Notes under the pieces: generated by a model
The model's input: only the letters and a program-made list of their open reading frames with translations
Databases searched by the model: none
Told to the model about the DNA's origin: nothing
Part shown: piece after piece, positions 57,335-64,000 of the stretch
Position numbering within the stretch: the first letter of the stretch is position 1
How the letters are laid out: each line of letters opens with the position of its first letter
Assembly: GCA_013239625.1 (NCBI GenBank)
Contig: MU053216.1
Location: forward strand, 1,576,943-1,640,942
Direction: 5' to 3'
From: Lama guanicoe
Taxonomy: Eukaryota
DNA: 64,000 bases
Made by a program: the position numbers and the translations under genes

Positions 57335-57910
57335 CATTTTATTTTTAACAGCTTTATCAAGATACAGTTCACATATCATACAATTCGCCGATTTAAACTG
57401 TACAGTTCACTGGTTTTTAGCATATTTGCAACCATCACCACGATCGATTTTAGAACATATTTTCCACCCCAGAAGACCCGTGCCCACTAGGTACCCACTC
57501 TCCCCCGTCCCGCCCCCGGCCCCGGCCATCTCTTACCTTCCTCCTGTCTCTCTCGATTTTCCTTTTCTGCACGTTTCATGGAAATGAAGTCCTACAACAC
57601 GTGGGCTTTTGTGACTTTTCACTTCACAGGTGTCATCAGGGCTCATCCAAGTTGCACCACGGACCAGAACTTCACTGTCTTTTAGGCACGAGCAATATTT
57701 CACCGTAGGGGTGGACCACGTTTTGTTTACCGGTTCATCAGTCAGTGGATATTTGGATTGTGAATAGCACAGCTGTGCACGTGGTGCACGAGCTCCTGTG
57801 CAAATATGTACTTTTATTCCTCTGAGGAGCACATCTCAGGGTGGGTTTGCTGGGCCAGACGGTGACTCCTTGGCGAACCTTTAAAGAAATGCCAGACTGA
57901 TTCTCACAGC
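57335..57910 (-). mobile_element. L1MB-like 3' fragment
   Basis: acagctttatcaagatacagttcacatatcatacaattcgccgatttaaactgtacagttcactgg... Confidence 0.75.
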
Positions 57911-58360
57911 AGGGAAGCACCCGAGTCTGCAGCAAAGCAAGACATTGTAGAAATGCCACGGCCTTTTATTCAACGAGTTCCGCTTTTCACCCAGATCTTC
58001 TCCCAGAGCTGCTCCCTGTGGCTGGAGGCCTCCTGGGTGACTGGCCAGCCCAGTTGCCCGGGCAAGTGTCCCGGAGGCCCATGGAAGACAGCAGAGGGGG
58101 CGACCAGGGCAAGGAGAAGAGACAGTGCAGGAGAAGAAAGGAAGAAGAGAGGGTCCAGCCGCCTTTGAGAGGCTGCCCGCTCCTGAGCCTAAAATCGATG
58201 AATCTGCTTGTGCTCAAGTTTTCTGACTAATTCCAGCAAGTGCTTAAAAGGGGGGTGTGTCTGAGCTCCACGTGGGAGGCAGAACACCACGTCATCAGCT
58301 GCGGCCTGCTCGAGGGACGACGCCCGTCCTGTGGGGAGGACAGGTGGCAGAGTGACACCT

Positions 58361-61300
58361 TGTAACCAAACGCACATCACGTGCCCGGCGTAGAGAGAGG
58401 CAGACAGAAATGTCAGAGTCTGGCCCGAGGAGGGCGCACTGCAGGCCGGGCAGGAACCGGTGGCCCTGCCCCCAAGTCCCCGACGTCCCAGAAGGGTTTC
58501 GGCTGAGCCTTTTTAAACACCTGCTGAGGAAGGGGCGTCCCCGGGTGTGAGAACCACCGTGCGCAGTTCTGGTTGGTTGATGGGATTTGATGGGCTCAGA
58601 GCCCCTTGGGAACCAGAGGGCCTGGGGGCTATGTGCTCAAGATCATCTGTTAAAAACCACACCAAATGGGAGAACGCAGCATCTGAAAAACTCAGGAACA
58701 GGCCTGCGATGCTGCCCTCTGGGTCCTGCAGAGAGGAGCTCCAGAACAGGATGTAGGGGAGGGGTCTGCCCCGGGAGGGCCCCGCAGGACCCCCTTTTCT
58801 TTGATGCTCCTTAATCTTGATGAGAACAGGTGCTGGACAGGAAAGGAGTAATATTTAGGAGGGAGAGGTTCAGCACAAACTCGGCAGAGGAACTTGGTTC
58901 CAACCTCCAATCCCGTTTCTTCCTGCCCCAGACCTTTCAGGGCACAGGGCGATGACCGCTCTGGCTACTTCTTGCTGAAACGGGGCGTGGTCCCACCTCC
59001 ACGCGGGGAAGGGACACCAAGCTGGAAATATTCCTGAGTTCCAAGTCCTGGATCCGAGTCTTGTATGATTAAGATTTCAGTCCCTTAGTCCACCTTTTTG
59101 GTACCAACAGACCCAATTAGACAACCAGAACTTTAAAAGACAAAACCGATCCCAGCCCTGAGGTGCTCAGGAGAACAAGCCTGCAAGCCGCCTGGACCTG
59201 GTGCTCTGGGGGAGGCGTCGCCAGCTGCCTACTTTTACCTGAGTAGGTTTTTACTTTCGATATGTTATTAACATAGCTAGTGGCCACCACACGGCTCCTT
59301 TTTTCTGCCAACATCTGATCTATAGCACTGTTATTGCCTAAAATTTAATAGTTACAAGAGGAGACCTTGAGGTCCCAAGGGTGCGGCTCCCAGCAGACAC
59401 TGCTTTGGGAATGGCTGGTGGCGTCCCAAGTTTGACACAGCTCAGAGAATTCAAGTCCTCGACAAAACAAGATGTGTCTAGAATTACGCCCCCGATGGCC
59501 ACCTGTTTTACCTTGAATGTCTGAACCACAGCCACTCCATTCTGACTCCATTCAAGTGAGTGCCCCTCCTCAAGGCCAAAGCAGATGGACCACGCATGTC
59601 CAGCAGGCCATGAAGCAGGCCGACTGGTCCGTACGGTAAACCAGGCCTGAGCCAGTGCGACCTCCCTGCACCTCAGCGTGCGCAGGTTCTTCCGTAGTTC
59701 CCCTTTCGATCGCAAATCTTTCAGTAAAAAGCGCTGATGACTGAAACGCCTGCCCTTCGATGCTGGGCTGGTGGCTCCCGCCCTGGTCCAGGTCCCGCCC
59801 CTCGGTGCGAGGCTTCCTTTCTACCTGCCTAGCTGTCCACACTGGGGGAAGCGAATCAGACCCCGTGAGCAGGCGCAGAGGTATGCGGATGGGGAAGCAC
59901 TTCGCAGGCCACGGATCTGACCCCTTGACACCCAGCTGTTAGGTGAGCATCGCACGTGTGCTTCAGCAGCAGACTTAAAGCCAGCACCGATGCACATCCC
60001 AAGTAGTTGCGCTCGGACTCCATTAGAGAGTTCTCTTCCTAGCTTAAACTTTGGGGGCAAAATTGATAGGGAGATAGAAATTTGGTAAACAGTCCAATTA
60101 AAAACCATAGATCAAAAGCCAGTAGTAGTTCAGACAAAACCAAAAAAACTACAACCACATTCATCAGTTTCCCCAATCCCACGTAGTCAGTCCCTGCTAC
60201 CAACAGTTCCGTGAAGTCAGAGTCTCTGTGACACCCCTTAAACATCTTGCCCAGCTCAGCAGTGCGGTCTGAAAGGAACCTGCGCTTGCCAAAAGTCCTC
60301 TTCGATACAAATCGTCCTGAAGACGAGGCAGTCCCAGAAAGGACCAGGAATGACAGAAGAGCCACCAAGGCCAGGCAAAGGATCTGATCACCATGTCCTG
60401 GACAGAGACGCCTCATCAAGTTGCTGTGACACACAGCACTCTAGGGTAACGGCCAGAACCACGACGGACAGCCTTATGGACCCAAATTTCAGAAACTTGT
60501 ACATAGTTTCTAGAATGTCTGTATTAATAACATTTACCCGTGCCATTTAATCTGAGCAGGCTTGTCGCTCATTTGACATGTTTCCCACGTAATTTAACAC
60601 ACCGAGCAATCCTAGTTAGCTTAACGTTTTCCTCTGAGATGCCTCCGGGGCCCTCTGAAACATCTCAGAGTTGGCTGACATCAATGGACTTCAGTTAGAA
60701 TTTGATAGGAAGTCGGTCAAAAATATCAAAAAGTTTCACACAGTCTGTCATCAGAAGCGTCCTCAGTGAACTTGTTTCCTTAACTGAAAGGAACCAAATC
60801 TAGCCCTGCCCCCGCCCACTGTGAGTAATGAAACCCACTCACCCAGTCAGGGCCCGTCTAACCGCAGCCCGACCATGCACAGGACCCCATTGTTAGGGCT
60901 CCTTTCTGTAACCTTTCCATGACTCCCTGCTCCCATGTTAGTCTGTCCCTTATTCTCCCATCTAGAAACACCATCTCTAGGACCAAATCACTTTCTTTTC
61001 CTTTAATGAAATGTCATTCCATTCCTCCCCCTCCCCGTTTCTTTTGCTCAAAACATATATCCTGTTTTTCTGTTGTATACTGAAATGTTTCTTTATTATT
61101 TTTAGCAGCTTTAATTATATATTGAAATTAGAACCATCAACTCTTAAAAACCTCAATTCCCAGTGAATGTTTCAGTATCTTATTTTGTTTGAGAATGAGC
61201 CAGCTGTTCAACTATTCAGTAAACGTCCATCATTTAACTTAACTTAGCCCAAGTCTAAAATTTCAAGTTACCAAATATTTGGTGAGGTGATTTTTAAGTA

Positions 61301-63057
61301 GACATTCCTAAAATACAATTATTTCTAAAGGGTTCACCCAAAAGCTCTTATCTTATTTGCATTTAATTCACGTATAAGGATCTCATCACACCAAATTATG
61401 GTTTTCCTTTCTGCTGACAAACTGCGACAGACACAACATGACCTCGCTGACCTTCAGGGACAACAAGGAACATGTGTGTGCTGACGGCACCACCCAGCTT
61501 CAGCGAGCTTTCATGTCGGGTATCAACTCAATGTCGAGTATTTCCTGGATCAGGTAAACCTGAAGTTCGTTCTGTCTAGCTCCTTTTATATTCCGAAGTG
61601 TTCAATTTGTAAGCACTTACTTTTTAAGTCAATTAAATAGAGCTCATTTAAAGTTAATTTTTTTAGGTAAAGGCAGAACCAGAGATTGCACAGTTTCTCT
61701 GCTTGAGTTTTAAAAACCTCTTTTTCCTCGAGAGCCCAGGAAGATCACCTACATCTCAATGACGCAAATTCCTCCTCCAGCTGCTCTTACAAGACCCACC
61801 GTCTTGGCTGTTTTCAGGGATTTTTCTCCAGGTCCCATAATGGCACTAGACTATACATACGTTACGCCTCACATTTTCACGCCTCACCTTCAGCAAAACC
61901 AGGAAGCGAAGCCAGGATTTGGACGCAGCTGCTAAGACACTCGCACACACAGCCCCAAGGTAAAAGCCAAGTTGCAAGAGGCCCACTTTGGTGCAACAGC
62001 AGAGCCACCGGGGCCGCTGTTCTCCAGGTCCCAGGGAGTCCTGAGGTCTCCCCGTCTTACAATAAAAATAACATTTCATTTCGTTTATGGAAGCACAGTT
62101 GAAGACCTCCTAGTTTTGCAAAATAGACCCTTCGGGGACTACAAGGCGGAACAGAGCTCTGACATCCACGCTTAATGACTCACGGCTGATGCTCCCAAAT
62201 ACCAAGCAAACAACGATTACGACAGCCTCTCAGGGCCCAGCCCCCAGGCCCCAAAGGGAGACTCCCAACCAGCGCTCCCTCGGTCCAGACGGGGAGCGCC
62301 CCGACCGGCGGCCCNNNNNNNNNNNNNNNNNNNNNNNNNNNNNNNNNNNNNNNNNNNNNNNNNNNNNNNNNNNNNNNNNNNNNNNNNNNNNNNNNNNNNN
62401 NNNNNNNNNNNNNNNNNNNNNNNNNNNNNNNNNNNNNNNNNNNNNNNNNNNNNNNNNNNNNNNNNNNNNNNNNNNNNNNNNNNNNNNNNNNNNNNNNNNN
62501 NNNNNNNNNNNNNNNNNNNNNNNNNNNNNNNNNNNNNNNNNNNNNNNNNNNNNNNNNNNNNNNNNNNNNNNNNNNNNNNNNNNNNNNNNNNNNNNNNNNN
62601 NNNNCATGCGGAACACGAGGTTGTGTGCCTGACACACAGTGAGGCCAAACAAACCAAAATGTCGGAGTCTGGACCAGAGGGAGGCTTACTGCAGGGCCGA
62701 GCAAGGAGAACCAGTGACTCACGCTCAGAAACCGCGAGCTCCTTGCAGGGGTTCAGCTGAGCCTTCCCACAGGCCGGCTGAGGGAGGGGCGTCCCCGGGT
62801 GTGCGACCAGCTGTGACCACTTCTCTGGTTGGTTGAGCGTGATCAGTCCTTAGGCGCCAGGAGATCTGGGGGCCACGTGCTCATGATCATCAAGCAGATA
62901 ATTTCTTCCCTTTGGTGGTGGTTTTAGCATCTGAAAAATTCAAGAAGCCTGCATGAGATACTATCATCTGGGTCCTTCAGAGAAAAGCTACAGCTGAGGA
63001 CATAGGGGAGGGGTCTGTCCTGTCCCGGGAAGGCCCCAGAGGTCCTGCTGGGTTACA
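58361..63057 (-). mobile_element. Two-LTR ERV1 (MER41-like) provirus, internally deleted and decayed
   Basis: Homologous LTRs at ~58361-58790 and ~62606-63057; outer ends TGTAACC / GGTTACA; 4-bp TSD ACCT on both sides; PPT complement cccccttttctttga next to the left LTR; env TM remnant at ~59120-59341. Confidence 0.85.
59117..59341 (-). pseudogene. Decayed retroviral env TM (immunosuppressive domain region)
   Basis: Translates LGNNSAIDQMLAEKRSRVVATSYVNNISKVKTY..., resembling LQNRxALDxLLAEQGG-C...CCTYINNS; CX6CC is lost; lies just upstream of the PPT/3' LTR. Confidence 0.6.
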
Positions 63058-63070
63058 ACCTCACCTGCGG

Positions 63071-63240
63071 CAGTGCTTCGCCCCTTGACCCACGTGAAAA
63101 CCACCAGGGAGCTTTTCAGTGTCCCGATGCCCGGGCCTCTTGCCAAGACCCTGACAGATTCGATCTGGACTGGGCCCTGGGTGCAGGTGCATTTGAAAGG
63201 CTCCTCAGTGCTTCCTCCGGGCAGCCAGGGTTGGGTGCCC
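63071..63240. mobile_element. MER5-like DNA transposon fragment
   Basis: cagtgcttc...aaccaccagggagctttt...gatgcccgggcc...gcatttgaaaggctcctcag...cagccagggttggg. Confidence 0.5.
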
Positions 63241-64000
63241 CCAACATAGATGCGTGCTTTTTATATTTCAACAAACATTCTGAAGACAAAGCCCAGTGGT
63301 GCTCTCAGGCTGCATCGCAGAGCTCGTCCAGAAGCTCCTCAGAGCCCGGCGCCAGGCCTCTGGCGCGCACTGGCAATGACCGGGTCTGACAGCGGCGCAG
63401 ACTGGCCTCCCTCTGCCTCTCCGGGGGGAAGCCGTTCTCTCTGGGGTCACAGGGCATACCTGTTGGGACCCACACTCTTAGGTGGGAGGGCGGGGTGCCA
63501 GGTGGGCTGAACCAGGTACGTCCACAAGCAACGTGGCCTCTCCAGGGCCCGTGAGCCTCTAGCGAGTCCCCATCTCAAATCCGGGAGAGACCCTGTTCCC
63601 ACAGCCCTTCAGACACAGCCCCGGGGCCTTCGGAGCGCCTCGTGGAGAAGCAGGCCTGGTGCCCTGAGCGCTGCCCTCGGACCTCGGAGCCTCAGGACCA
63701 TCCCAGGCCCCCTGATCGAGGTCACTGTCTTCCCCATCAGGGCCTCAGGGCCGCTCTACCTGCTTCTGGCTCAGCCTGTCACAACCCGTTCTCAGGTTAG
63801 AGGGATCATTAAAAGAAAATCACGGGCCATCATTCCCCTCCAACAAGCCTGCAAACGGCTTCTCGTCAGACTCAGAATTACCTCCCAGCCCCTCAAGCCT
63901 TCCAGGGCCTCGCCCGTCCCCACCTCCCCGCCCTCCCCCTGCAGCCCCGTGGCCCCCGCTCGTTCCTTCGTCAGGTACTGGAGACATCGCCCCCAAGACG

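Noticed and set aside
40500..58300. Many 60-250 aa ORFs in the ORF track (e.g. 48629-49369, 51324-52061, 40977-41615)
   Set aside because: No recognisable domains, GC-driven P/R/G/A composition, overlap with repeats and no coherent exon chain; expected by chance.
58800..62310. Intact or domesticated env (syncytin-like) gene
   Set aside because: No long ORF, CX6CC missing and the ISD degenerate.

Overview
Mammalian genomic DNA, probably camelid (inferred from the tRNA-derived SINE and the young L1 3' ends). Positions ~182-38910 (+) hold 28 coding exons of the kinesin-3 gene KIF14: motor domain, neck/coiled coil, FHA domain and C-terminal tail. The N-terminal coding exon lies upstream of the window. 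The first 27 exons splice in continuous frame (GT-AG, plus one GC-AG intron). The terminal exon appears to have lost its ancestral acceptor and stops early, and several normally conserved motor residues are substituted. A 3'UTR runs to ~40.45 kb and contains a 16-bp hairpin. The remaining ~23 kb is intergenic: LINE, SINE, MaLR and DNA-transposon remnants, a solo LTR, a CTCF+CRE candidate regulatory element, and a two-LTR MER41-like ERV1 provirus (58361-63057, minus strand, 4-bp TSD) with a decayed env TM remnant. The region shows strong AT-to-GC drift. I found no CRISPR, prokaryotic or clearly new multi-gene system. Comparisons to human KIF14 and to repeat consensi are from memory, not from a search.
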